From: Takakia lepidozioides
Taxonomy: Eukaryota > Plantae > Bryophyta
Direction of reading: 5' to 3'
DNA length: 64,000 nt
NCBI GenBank assembly: GCA_030704615.1
Contig: CM060732.1
Span: forward strand, 55,552,001-55,616,000
The notes under the pieces were generated by a model. It made no database searches and was not told the DNA's origin. It was given only the letters and a program-made list of their open reading frames with translations. The translations under genes were made by a program, and so were the position numbers. Of the stretch, positions 38,801 to 51,838 are shown piece after piece (position 1 is the first letter of the stretch; each line of letters starts with the position of its first letter).

Positions 38801-39583
38801 GTCCAAAAGTAGCATCTGGGCTTATAGCCTCTTTGTAGTAAAAAGAGTTCCTCTAGGGTTTTTCCAACAGATCAGATGCTAGCAAAAGGATGGAGTAGAG
38901 AAACTCGAGAAAAATTTCAGTTTCTTCTGCTCTCTCTCACTCTCTCTCTCTCCACCCAAACTGGGTACGGGTCTATGGCCACAAGGCTACAGCAAACAAC
39001 GTCTTATGAGTACCTTTCTATCAGTTTTTGGTACGATGTCCGGTCCTCAGAGAGCGACCCTCTTCAGGTACATCAATAACATAGTCCCCTGCACCTGGTT
39101 CACCAACTTTCAAAATCTTGAGGCTAAGTCTAACACCCTGGCCCTGTTGGCATCTAACTGCTGGGCAGACCACACACAGCAGATTGATGCTTGTGTGAAG
39201 GGCTTTCTAGAGGAAATCTGGAAAGCCCAAACAAAATTGTTTATATCATGGGGAAGTCCCACTACTGGAGTGAGTCTGTTCCTTTTGTTCTGCCCAAACT
39301 GAGCGTAGGCTCTATGGCCACAAGGCTACAGCAAACAACTTCTTATGACTACATTGTCCCTGCGACTTTTCTCCCAGGGCCCTGGCTCCAATGAACACAT
39401 AAAACATATGGGAACAATGACTAGCCACACATTTTGACCATCATGTAGAAATGAAAACATGTGCCAACGGTACTTTACCTGCATAACCATGTCCTTCTCT
39501 GACTCCTTGTCAGTCTCCTCTTCATAGCTTTTGTCATTGTCAACAAGACTAGCTTTGGAGCTGTGCACTAACCTTTTCCCCAT
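35833..39583 (-). CDS. Predicted orphan K/E-rich protein (~204 aa). Exons 39583-39479, 38517-38371, 37998-37828, 36833-36708, 35898-35833
   Basis: Five open exons joined by GT-AG introns, all phase 0 (MGKRLVHSSK.. / AHSNAAAKRGKRK.. / APSNATAP.. / ATQSFKGEC.. / QSKGSG..PEE*). No recognisable homology. The last two junctions are less certain. Confidence 0.45.
35952..36430 (+). mobile_element. 5'-truncated RTEX-like LINE (family A), 3' end
   Basis: ORF 35931-36320 carries the CCHC tail domain, followed by the 3' UTR and a CATTT tail. Confidence 0.9.
37090..37594 (+). mobile_element. Older, diverged family A LINE 3' fragment
   Basis: Degenerate homology to 35952-36430; ends 'cataagctctatgagcttcccgcggatgttataaagcaccatttcatttcat'. 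Confidence 0.8.
38603..39350 (+). mobile_element. Cluster of tiny LINE 3' tails (families A and B) interleaved with (CT)n, plus a ~310-bp family B 3' fragment
   Basis: A tails at ~38603 and ~38706; B tails at ~38652 and ~38954; B body and tail at 39036-39350. Confidence 0.75.
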
Positions 39584-41538
39584 TGTGCTTTGAGCCACTA
39601 GCCTATTTTCACACCTGCACAAGAGCCTTCATTCAGTCAGCTTTAGTAAATCCAGATCCAACAACTGAGTACTTGTCTGTAGCATCAAACACCTCTCTTC
39701 CTTCGCATGACAGCATCAATGTCCTTTACCCTGTGTAAATCGTGTATCCCTGCCCAGTCCCAAAAAAGCTTGGCAATCCAGACGAAAATGAATGTTATCA
39801 GCTTATACAGACCTCCAGGTAATCGACAAACACCAGCTGCTCAGGCAACAGGGTACATGCAAGCTCACAAATGTAGCAGGATTCTACATCAAAACGCCAT
39901 GCTGACGAATGTTCAAATTCAGTCCCTGACAAATTGGCACAATCAGCAGTTGGCTTAAATCAAGCCTAAAATCCTTAAAAGCTACTAACATCACTGGATG
40001 TTAATGGACAACGGCTTCGGATACACACTGAGGTTGTCACTCGCAGTTGGAAGAAGCAGTATGGTGAACCAGCTGCATCCAGATGGCACGGAATCGCTCA
40101 AAGGCCTGAAAGTAAAATACTGAATTACTATTGCTTAAAACCTAGAATTCTGGGCTTTGGACACTGCGTTGAAGTTCTCAATCTGTCTCCATGACATGAA
40201 GATGAGGAACTACTTCTGGGCTATTCAACTCGAGGGGCCAATATGTTTATAGGGGGGCAAACAGTCGTCACGGTGACTGTAGCAGGGGCACATTTAAAAT
40301 CCGTTGAAAAAAAGCTCTGATTATGGCCCAGAGAAAGTCATGGCTTCCTCCACTGGACAAACTAAGGCCACACTAGGACAACAAAGGGACCACAAAATCA
40401 TAGACTACATTGCACCGAGACTACAAGAATCAATGAAATAGACTCCAGCTACCTCTGAAGATCGAGCCCAAACCTTACAATGTACGAAGAAATCCATTCA
40501 CACGTGTTTACGAAATACTGCATTACCCCCGTCACCTCAAACACACCATCCTCACACCTACAGCGGTGGGCATAACTGGATACGAAGGCACAACCGCATC
40601 GAGTACAAGTGCGTATCTTAACTCTCTTCCAACTGGTCCCCCCACTGCGCCTAACATGCCTCTTGAATGGATACTGTAATGTAGTACCTCCACAGCAGGC
40701 ATCACAGTACAGGGAAAAACAAAATTTCACTGATGAATTTTTGTTTCCCCATCAGAAACAAAATTTTACCATCAGAATTCTCCCAGCTCCAAATTGTACC
40801 ATACAAACTGCTGTCTCCCAACTTAGCTGCTTCAATATGCACTTCGAGTTGTAGTAAAATATCTCCACCACAAAACAAAGACATCAGGAATCGAAACAAA
40901 GGCGAAACACAGGCATTGAGTACAAAATGCCTCTTCCATCATCTTTCTCAACTACAAACAAAATCCAATGCGTTCACACCAGCACTTTCCACATGCCAAT
41001 CGCACAGACAAAAAGAGACTCACACAAGAGAGAGATGAAGCTCACTTGGCCCAAGATTCGTCTCCGAATTCCGATGGCTGCTGCTCCCTTGCAATCCCTG
41101 CGCATCACATCGGAATTGCGAAGAGAACAGACGTATGCGCGGGAGTTGTGCGCGGGAGGCAGAGCGATTTCATCCCCCACCTCTCCCACATTCATCTCAT
41201 TTGTTCCACATCCGAAGGATGATCATTTGCTTCAATTGATTATGGATGAAAAATCTCTGTATTCACATCCAAGAAAGTAATAAATTTAAATTAATAGATT
41301 TTTAAAGAAAGTAAATGTGGAAACTGTGAGGAAACTGTGGAGTAATAAGTCGCAGGATACTGAGTCCCTTCTAAACCCTAAGTTTCGTCTTGCACAGGGC
41401 ATCGAGGAGAATTGTAGATCTTCTGCAAGCTGCAGATGATCGATTTTTCCACATTTTGATGTAGATTGTGGAGCATCTTGTGTGAGGGAAGGAATCCAGT
41501 TCGCAGGTGTTGTGGATTTGTTCACAGTGGGAGGGAAG

Positions 41539-44500
41539 ATGATGAAGCTGGAAGGGAGGGGCCAGCGGGTGGCTGTGTGGGGCGCGGCTTTTGTAATCTT
41601 TGTGGTGCTCATGATCGTAACGCCCAAGATACCTCAAGATGAAAGATACCATCATTTTGCTGATCGCCGCAACTTTTTCGGTGTGTATGCGGAGTTCTCT
41701 AGTTTGGTTTCTTATGGAAGTAATGTGGGGCTCTTACAATTTATCATCGCATTCTTGATATGTGAAATGGAACAAAACAACAAGGTAACGCAACAACAGA
41801 GAAGGTATATTTGGTTCTCATGGAACTGCAATAATTGTGACTGCACAACAGACACGTCCACTAAGTGTAATATGCTGGAAGAACATTGAAGCATGTACAG
41901 CACATTCTCATTCATCACAATAGCTCTCAAAAATGGATCCCGAAGCGCTGATTACCTGGAATTTTCAACTTCATACACAATCTCAAGCGTTAGTGAGTCA
42001 GATGGGGCCTAACATGAAGTGTGATCTCCTGAATCTCTTAGTCCAAATCAGGATATCTATTGAGAACCTCTCAAATGCAATGTGAACTGACACACTAGAG
42101 CAACGGAGGAATACAATATGGTCCACTACCATGGTCACGAATCTGTGTCCTTAGAGAAAATTTTGTAAACAAGTCTTGCGAAGATTTCCAACTGGAAGTA
42201 AAGGTTTTGCTAATCTAGAAATGACTGGAAAGTCCCCAAAATAACTGCCCTGGCCCTACGTGGTGATTACTGACTCACCACTTGACAATGCTTCTTCAAG
42301 GAGAGAGATATCAAACCTAAACCAGGTCAAAACTAAGTTTATAGAAGTTTGAGACTTGCAAGGGTCCATTCTGGAAACTATTGAAGCCTATGGTAGCCAA
42401 CTTCTAAATGAGGAGTTGTGAACTTCAGAGCAGATTTCCTATGCATTTGCTCAATGTTTAAGGACAAATTGGACCTGTCAGGTCGGTAGGGATGACCTGA
42501 ACAAATAGAGATTGGTTGAGGAAATGTTGTGGATGACAATTGTGCAGTGGACGTGTCTCAGGAGTACCCAACACACTCAACGTCATCTCCAACTTCCCTT
42601 TCTTGGTCATTGGCATAGTGGGGTTGGTTCTCTGCCTTCATGGCAACAACTTTGGTTTAAGGTAATACCTGGTTTGAACCATCACTTTTTTCTATTCTTG
42701 GATATGACAACTATCTGGCTGGGCTTTCAGATGATTTGGAAACTAGACAGAGGAGTGATTCTAATACAAGGTTTGGCAGATTGTAGAAAGAATCACCGTG
42801 GTTGAAGTCGTTTGGAGTTTGGACGTCAGAGGGTAGTGTTGACAGTGAGAGTAACTGGAAATATTGACGTAACTAGGGCTACAGAATTGAGATATAGAGG
42901 CAGACAATAGGTACAGCTGAAGTGAAGAGGATATCCACCTTAAACAACCTTTACAGGACCGCATAGGTGATCAGGAAAATCCGAAAGGACAATGTTATGT
43001 GACATTTGAAATCCCCCATTTTGCATTCACGCAGTTATGAGTTGGATACAGGGAGATGCATTGAACATGATCTATCCCACCTGAGTTCATGCCAAGTATT
43101 TATTTGAAGGGTTGTGCAGCTTGAAGGGAGAAGTGTGGGGATGGACAACCTTCTTTGTGGGCATTGCTGCCACCTCATTTGGGTCTTCCTATTACCACCT
43201 CAAGCCCAACGATGCCCGTCTTGTCTGGGATCGTCTGCCTGTATGTCTCTCTTTCTCTCTTTCTTTTCCCAGAAAAAGAGGCAAAGATTTCTGACATATA
43301 GATCAATTTGCACAGATATCAGGTAGTATGATGCTGGAATCCATCAGGTGTATTTGGGAAGGAAGCAAGCATACTGGGCAGGTGTTGGTCTCGGCCAGGA
43401 ATTGGTTGTACAGTGCAACCTACTGCCTGGCACTTTTGAGCTTCGAACTGCAAAGTTGATGTGAATAGCCAAATCTCATATGCGTGGTTCACTAGTATAT
43501 AAGCCTTTATCTGCTAGTGTCAAATTTGTTTTCACTGGAAGTTGTGCCATCTGCAATTGGTCTGATGTAGCATGGTCTGATGAACCTATATCCAACATTC
43601 AGGCTGGGGTGTGTGCGGGCTCAGATGACAATTGCATTTGCATCAGTGATGGCTGTTTTTATAATTGAGAGAATTGACGAGACCACTGGAAGAGCGTCCC
43701 TGGCTCCCCTTCTCATTGCAGGGGTGTTTAGTGTGGCTTATTGGTGGTATGACCTTCCAAATCTCTCCTTGTTTCTTTTGTGCTGAAAAAGGACAGGTGG
43801 TTAGAGAAGGAATATCGTCTTTACAGCTTGCTAGTTGGGGGCTGTTTGGCTACCCCAATGAGTGACCCCTAGTGACCGTCTGAAAGAGCCTATCTCCTAT
43901 GTATAACTAAAGGTTCTAAGGACTCTAAAGGTGGCTTAAACTGTATCCAGGTGAGAATATATTCTTGATTCACTTGGTTGCGTAAATGCCTTTGCTGGCA
44001 GGTTTGCAAATGATCTGCGGTTGTATGCGCTGGTGCAGTTTGTACCATGCCTGGCCATTCCTGCGATGGCTGTTGTTTTACCTCCCAAGTATTCGCATTC
44101 TTCCTATTGGCTCTGGGCTGCAGGTTGTCTCTCTCTCTCACTCTCTGTCTTCGTCACCCTGCATGATGCAGGCTCTGCGTGTAACACCTCACACATGTAG
44201 CAAACTGGGGTTCTCACTTGGTGTCCGGTCAGTTTATATACCCTGGAGGTTAGGGATGAGAGAACACATGATTTTAACATCTCAGTATCTCTATCTCTCA
44301 AAAGCTGAAAGGCCAATCTTCGGATTGGCTTGTCAATCCAGGACCCTAATGTAAAGCAGTGCTTAGTGTCAGAAGATCACATGAAGGACTACATGATTGA
44401 GGTTCGGTTGGATGTCATCAACATGACTAACGTGTGTGATTCAGACAAAGGCACACTACATATGTGTCACACAAATGATCTGTGGGTGGAAAGAGTATTC

Positions 44501-45353
44501 CACACAAAATTATTGAATCATGGGGGGCTAGAATTAGCTGCACTGATTTAAGGGAGGAGTTAGTGGTCACACATGACCTAAACTGCCATCTGCCTGGGTG
44601 GAGGTGAAGTGGTCCACACCAACTTCCTTTCTGATATTAGTAAGGCTTCACATGCAAGGGTCTGGAGTAAAACATGATGTGGTGCTGGACTGGGAGGATT
44701 TCAGGCTGGTATTTACTGGCAAAGATAGAAGAGGCGTACGACATGAAATTCTACAGGTGGACACATTTTGTTGCCAGTGGGCATACTCTGAAGCATTTGT
44801 GTGCAGCCATGGTTCCGGTTATTACCATCATCATGCTCTATCGCCGCAACATTCGCATTGAAAGGTCAGTTCTTCCGTAGTACCCTACCCCACACCCTGT
44901 TGTGGTATCTTGAGGAAAGGCTCAAAGCCATTGTTTTCGTTTTCAAAACAGAAACAGGTTTAGCATGCATTCATAGACAACTTAACTACTGAAAGACCTG
45001 GTAAGCAGGTCACTAATAAGGTGGGTCCATTTTCACTGTGTCTTGCATGTCAGACCCTTATTCCTCTGGTTTTACTGGCATATATAGGTTGTTGCTTTGG
45101 AAATACAAGAATTGTTGGGCTCATATGAGTAGTTTTGCTTAGCAGGTGTGTGCAAAGTGTGCTGGTCTTCCCTAAAGCAAACCTTTGGCAATGGCTTTGA
45201 ATGTACAGACAGAGTCTGCTTGAAAAGTGGACACGGCAATGGAGAGGGAGCACGAGTTGGCAAGGGGAGAGGGGGATTCTGGAGAAGTGGAAAGCGTACT
45301 GGAGTGGGCAGTCTGGTTCTCGGGAGGAGACCGAATCTCTTGTCCAGGCATGA
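41539..45353 (+). CDS. SAG18-like alkaline ceramidase/CREST-family membrane protein. Exons 41539-41680, 42562-42661, 43120-43240, 43625-43746, 44002-44123, 44705-44864, 45209-45353
   Basis: YHHFADRRNFFGVPNTLNVISNFPF, GSSYYHLKPNDARLVWDRLPM, DLRLYALVQF, SGHTLKHL and ERQSLL; phase-consistent GT-AG introns. Confidence 0.9.
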
Positions 45354-45926
45354 AGGGCATTGTCACATTTGTTTGTGAGAAAGCAGTCCGTGCATTGTCC
45401 TATACAGACAGATTCTTTGAAATGTGCATTTAAATCACCGAGGGGATATGCTTTGATTAAACTTCTGCTGTTAGCAAAAAGGGAAGAAATTCCCTAACTT
45501 CATACCCCACCTACTCACTATTGTAAACTTGTAGATTCCATGGATTTAGCCTGTGGCAATATTGTAAGTCAATGTTTGGGCTGCCCTCCTGGACTCGCCT
45601 CCCCCCCCACCCCCCCTCTTTTTACCAAATGGCACTATGAAGGAGCTACAAGAAGAACATCTCTGAAAATTCTGAAAATTTGTGTGAAGATGGGTTCCAT
45701 GGTAAACAATGTGCTCCCAAGGAAAGAACTGAAAACAACCTTGTGCGTCAGGAATTTCAATAAGAAAACCAAAATTTCTCCCCCGTAAAGAACTGCTGGG
45801 GTTCATTTGTGCTTCCCTATCCTTTTTCTCCTTCACTAAATTGATATAATTTACCTCATGGATTTCTCTGAAATTTTCTGTGACCAAGTGAGCTTTTTCT
45901 TTTTCTTTTTCTTTTGAAATAATTTA

Positions 45927-46090
45927 AAGAAGCCTCAATTGGCGATGGGCTCTCTTTGGCAAAACATAAGTGAAAGGTAAGACTTTTGGAGCATGACTCG
46001 GCACAACACACCAGTTAGAGGTGTATGGTCCTTTGACCACATTTTCTCCGTTGACTTCAACATCTCTCTCTACAAGAGAGCCAATAAAGG
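45927..46090. repeat. Dispersed repeat homologous (inverted) to 23140-23345
   Basis: The reverse complement 'aaatgtggtcaaaggacc.tacacc..gagtcatgctcc..tcttacctt..cttatgttttgccaaa.agagcccat.gcc' is shared. Confidence 0.75.
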
Positions 46091-46376
46091 GAGCAGAGGC
46101 CCTGAGGATTGTATTGCAGGGAGTGGAAAAAATAACCACTCATAAGGCCGTGGAGCTTACATTGGGGGAGACTACCCCTAGACACGACGACCAAGAAAGA
46201 AAGGAGGGTATAAGGAAAGCGGAGCACTTGGAGTCAGTGGTCTGTGAAGTAGGTTGAGGAATGCATAAGGGATTCCAGGAGCTGAATAGACCAAGCCCTA
46301 GAATTACAAGGGGAGTAGAATGGGGGCAGAGTCAAGAAGGATCTGTCAGGGGAGCAACTAGAATCAAAAGCAATTA

Positions 46377-48511
46377 GAAATGAAATGAAATGAAATGGTG
46401 CTTTATAACGTCCGCGGAAAGCTCATAGAGCTTATGGGACAAATGGAAGGAAGAACATGAGAGAAAATAGGAAAACCAGAGTCAGAGAAAAGAACTATTG
46501 TTCGAGTGATTGTCTATGGGTGAATGCCTCGTGCAGGTAGGCTGCCAAACATTTCTGAATCACATAGTGGAAGACTTCAGTGAGAGATTGGGTTCCACGG
46601 AATAGACAATGGAATCTCCCACGGATCTCATAGTATAGGGGGCAATAGAAGAAGTGTTCTTCAGCTTCAATTTCCCGGCTGCGCCCTGTGCAAGCAGGAC
46701 ATAGGCGGTCCTCCCGCTGCAGGTTTTCCCATCTGCCAGTCTCTATCCGTAGGTTGTGGGAGCCCACCCTGAACCGCCCCAAAGCCCTCAGGAGAGAAGG
46801 AGATAAAGAGGCTGAAAGGTAATTGGGCCGCAAGATTCTATCATCCTGGAGAACCAAGAATGTTTCTCGATAGAAATGGAGCTTTGTTGTGAGGTTGGGT
46901 AACTTCCAAGTTCTCCTGACATGTAACTCCATGAGTTCCTTTCTAATGAGTTGGTTGCGGTCATGCCTGGATGTGATTTCCACCTCTTCTGGGTTCACTG
47001 GCAAAAGTGAAGCTATAGAGAGTCCATGGCGTTCAAAAAATGTATCCACACGGGCATACCAGGATTGTTTGAAGCCTGCATTTTTTAGTCTCATAGATGT
47101 TGTGAGGGCCCTGGCCACAAGTCCCTTAGGGGGAAGGCCTTGTAACCTATGTAGGAAATTGTAAGCCGGAAGAGGGCCTCAGTCTGGAGTGGCACACAGG
47201 CAAATTCTGCATTCAATATGTGCGATGGAGTTGTGCCTCTGGCGCCAAGCATTGCTTGGAGGAAAGATGACTGCAATGGTTCCAGATTTTGTTCCCACCA
47301 GGAAACTGGGACTGCAGGTGCCCAAAATTCACAACCAAAAGTGGCATTTGGGGTGACTACGCTATCAAACAGCCACTTCTTGGTCGGTGGGTGGCGTACG
47401 TGTATCTGCTTGCATTTGGCCTGAAGGCGGATGGAGGCTGCCTTGCCTTTTGTCAATCTGTCCAGGGCAGTGGCTGCAAAGTGGAATTTGGGGGAGTGGA
47501 TAACCAGCCCCAGATATCGGTAGGATTTGACTATCTCCACCTCCCGATTGTTGAGGAAGAATCTAAGGTCGGCCTGCCCATTGAAAACCATGATCTTGGT
47601 TTTTGTAAGGTTGACTTGCAACCCATAGTCATTGGAGAACTGTTCCAAGATGTCGAGATGGCGTTGTAGGAAGATAGGAGATTGTGCCAAAAGGGCAACA
47701 TCATCCGCGTAGAGGAGATCTGATTGTGTTGGTCCTCCATCCAATGGCACACCAACTCCATAGTTTTTTGAGATGTAGACTTCCAAGGCGTCAATGTAGA
47801 TTCCGAATAGGGTAGGCGAGAGGGGGCAGCCCTGTTTGACCCAATGTTGCTATGGACCTCAGCTGAGAATTCCCCTGCGATAGTGACCATGCCAGTGACG
47901 ATCTCATACATGGAGGAAATAGCATAGAGAATGTGTTGAGGGACTCCCACCTTCTGGAGCCTTTGGAAAAGAAGTTCGCGAGGAACCGAATCAAAAGCCT
48001 TGTGAAAGTCAACGAAGCAGACGTAAACCAGTTTTTTGTCAAAGCAAGCACTTTCCACCATAATCTGAAGAGTGAAGATGTGGTCAAGAGTGGATCTGTT
48101 GCTACGGAAACCAGCTTGTCCCTTAGCCCGTATGTGAGAGGATTCAGCCCAATCATCCAACTCCATGGCCACCACTGCCCCAAACAGCTTAGCCAATAGC
48201 GATGACACCATAATTGTGCGATAATTGGTCGGTACGAGCCTGTCACCGCTCTTGAAGAGGGGATGGATGATGCTCTTTGTCCACTCTGTTGGAAAGCCAT
48301 GTTGCACTGCCTCATTGAAGAGGTAAGCTATAAATGGGGCCAAAGTGGGAGATGCGTGCTTGATGAATTCACCCTGTAGCCCTGAAATATCTGATGCCCT
48401 GCCATTTTGCAGCTTCTTGATTGCCTTGCTGACGTTGGTTGTACTAAAGAGGGAGAAGTGTAGGGGTTCAGAGGTTATGGGAGAGGGAGTTTGGTTTGGG
48501 GAATGATACAA
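46377..48511 (-). mobile_element. 5'-truncated RTEX-like LINE (family A) with the RT domain, frameshifted
   Basis: Overlapping ORFs give NYRTIMV, QAGFR, FVDFHKAFDSVPR, LYADDV, YRYLG and a C-terminal RLCPAC..EEHFFYCP. (CATTT)n tail at 46377-46396. Confidence 0.95.
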
Positions 48512-49129
48512 AGATTGGGCATACTCATGCCAGACGTGAATGTCAGTGATCGCAGGTGGGTCTCTGTGAGGTTTAAGGAGGGACCAAAAGGAACGAGGAG
48601 AAGATCTGACTTTTGCAAGAAAAGAAGATTGGAGCTTGAGAGTGTAGGCTCTCTTTTTGGATCTAATGAGGGACTTATAGTGCTTAGAGAAATGAAGAAA
48701 AATGAGAAGTAAAAGGTCCTAAAACTTGAGCTGTGTCATGAATCTAAAGTCTTGTGCTCAGGAACATCATAGAAAGCAGTATGTGGCCGGCAGTGCAACA
48801 AGGATCTGCCAGGGATGAACTGAACCAAAAGAGAAACATTGATGGAAACAGCAAGAAACAAGTCCTAAAACATGAGCTGTATTTTGAGCTTGTTGTCCCG
48901 AGCTCTCTTATGTCTCCAGTTACAGTCGTCTTCCTCCCATTGCGTGATGACTGTATCTTTCCAACGGAAGCTTGTATCGGCAAGGCAGGTGCCGAGCAAG
49001 TCGCCATTGCCCCAGGAGAGATCAGATTCCTGATAAAGCTTCCGCCGACATTATTCCGAAGCTCTGGAAAAAGCTGCAAGAAGGGAGACCCAAGCTTTAC
49101 GCCCCTCAGTCATCACTATAGATATTTAA

Positions 49130-51640
49130 AAAGAGTTGATATGATATTGGGGGATTTCTTCTCATAAATCTAGGAACACCTGCCCTTTCAAATACACCAT
49201 AAAGTATGCGCTCTAAGACATGCCCATATTAGGCATTTGAGCATGGTGTGTCCACGAAGGACATTAAGCAACAACAAGGAAGGAGGGGGATTGACAGGGA
49301 AGGAGCCCCAGAAGGAGTAGAAATGTAGCACCATTGACCAGACCCTGTGAATTCTAGGACAGTAGAAGAGACAATGCTCCAGGGTTTCCGATCCCCGCAA
49401 GCAACGAGTGCAAGTAGAATCAGACTAGTCTGTGATAGCTTTAGTAGGGAGAATCCTGTTGGCCATCTTCCAGAGGAAGGCTGAAACTTTGGAAAGTCTT
49501 TCTTTTCTCCATATGTCATTCCAGATATGTCCCCAGACGTCTCGAAGATGCAGATTGTTATCCCCTTGGCCTTGCCACTTAGAGGAAAAGGACTGAGAAG
49601 GGGAGAGAAGGGAGTACCCCAGCTTGACCGAGTAAGCCAAAAAGGGGGAGTGTTTAGAATCCATCCAACACCACTCTCCAGGGTCGAACTGTACTAAACC
49701 AGCCAACGGGTGACGGAGGAAACACGTGAGCTTAGTCTGCCAAGCCCATTCAATCTCCTTGCCCTGGGGAAGAGCAGGATTAATTAAGCCCTTGTCGTCA
49801 TAGACCCTTATATGAAAGAGGGAGGACTTGTTCCTTACTTGTTCCTACGCACAGGGCCTGTGACAATCATACCACCGAACTGGTCCACCTGAAAGCCTAC
49901 CCCAAATGCACAATCCTCTCCACGAGAGAATGAGGATGACAATGGCAGTAGTTATGGGGCCGAAGGCCATCCAGAAGGGAGGAGCTCGATGAGTGTAATT
50001 GTGGTGAAGCACCTGAATCCCATAATGGAAAGAATATTAGCTGCCGGAAGAAATTGTCTTTGCTCCCATGATTGAGCCAATGTCAGTGAACCCTGCATTT
50101 TCCCAAGCAGCCTACTTGGGTTTGTTGACTCAAAATCCATATTGTAATTCCCAAAGATAGGCTGCCGGATGCACTCCTCAGGCATAGATTAAGTGAAAGA
50201 TTTTCTAACTAAGCACCAGGCCTTCAATATTGATCTCGAAGACCATGAACCGGATTGCATGCTCTTCTCAGTACCTTGAACAATTCTTAGCGAGGTCAGA
50301 GCTGGGACGAAGTAGGAGCAGCTCCAAGCAAGTATGGTTGTATAAGTCTATTCCACGGACTACTGATGTATTGCAGAGCTCTCATTTGCCAAGAAGAGCC
50401 TTTATTTGAGATTTGGGATCTATGAGTCCAAGCCCCCCTTTTTTCTGGGTTGACAGAGCTGAGACCGTGAAACCAATGCTCTTTTTTGCGGGGAGGTAGG
50501 TGTGCCCCCCCAAATGAAGTTTCTTACAAGGGCTTTAATCTTGATGAAGGAGGAGTCAGGGGCTCAAATAGAGGCAAAAAACTAGATGGAGGCCAGCAAA
50601 ATTTGATTGACAACCAAGGCCCTACCAGCTACGGATAGCATGGAGGAGCTCCAAAAGCTCAGTTTCTGCCTTAGATTAGAAAGCACCCTTTGGAAGCTAA
50701 GCTCATTAGAGATGTTGAGTCCCATAGAGTGTCCCAATAAAGGGTGAGATTCCCCTTCTCCAACCAGCGGAGACCAAGTTCCTCACCCCAAGGTGGACAG
50801 TGAGGAAGACGCATTCTGCTGAAGACTGTCTAATATTCCTACGGACTTTTTCCAATTAATTTTCAGTCCAGGGGCCAGGCAGAACATTTTCAAAGCCCCG
50901 TATATAATGAGTTGTCAATGTTCTATTTAGGGCAAACTACCATGTCCCAGCAATCGGCCAAGGTTGCACTAGGTGACAAAATTGACATCGTGTTTCCATG
51001 CGTTGATTTTTGCCGACTCCCAGATATCGGTGAGCGCAATACCTAGGAATTTGGCGCCAGAGTTTATGGCGTAATCGGTAAAATCGCTTTTGACCTGTTG
51101 TACTGGGTTACCATTTGTACATGCTGTGAAGGTCACCTTTGTGCACATTGCTCATCTCTTGACTTGGCTACCGCTCCCATGGGACCCACCCTTTGCCAAG
51201 CGACGGGCTCAATTGGTCCGGGCGTTGGACAACGAGGCAGACCAACTGCCCGATTGCTTTTGAACCCTATGCAATCCCTATGCACATAAAAGCAACCATC
51301 CATGCCACCAGTCAGCCATGCTCCACCAATCTTGGCCGAGATGGCCGGGACATGGAAGTTGGCCCTTAGCAGAGTTATCAGGAGAAGAGACGTATCATCC
51401 GGATACATTGAAAGTTTGATCATATCTGGAAGACCCCCCAAGGAAAGAGGAAGATGAAGGCCAACAATGTCATCTTTATGCTGGAAAAGGTAACCCAGGC
51501 TGTCAGGAAAAGGTCCAATGGACAGCCCTGCCGTACAGATCTAGACAGAGGGAAAGATTGGGAAATTCAACAAGGGCCCTTTCGTGTGTGCTGGAGATTC
51601 AGTTTTTGTGCAGTTTTGACTTCGGCGAATAAGGGTTGAA
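49130..51640 (-). mobile_element. Decayed L1-clade LINE ORF2 remnant (RT and zf-RVT), interrupted by a MITE
   Basis: SMYPDDTSLLL (YADD region), GLKINWKKS-like segment, GGLGL, and WKMANRILPT..SETLEHCLFYCP (zf-RVT). Many stops and frameshifts. Confidence 0.8.
50930..51365. mobile_element. PIF/Harbinger (Tourist-like) MITE inserted in the L1 RT
   Basis: ~33-bp imperfect TIR GGGC(A/C)AACT(A/T)CCATGTCCC..TCGGCCAAG; TTA TSD at 50927-50929 and 51366-51368. Confidence 0.85.
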
Positions 51641-51838
51641 ATTTGGAATTGCCTGAGCATAACATAACATAAAATAATGTCCATAGTTGCTCAACTTTTG
51701 CTAACTAGAGCTTGCCCATAGTGTGCAGTCGTCTAGTAAATTGGGGGGGGGGTTCCCATGGTCATGGATTCAATGTGCGCATTGAAGTAGTAGTAAAGAC
51801 TCTGGCCAAAGCTAGGAGCCACTTCACCTAGCGGCTAT

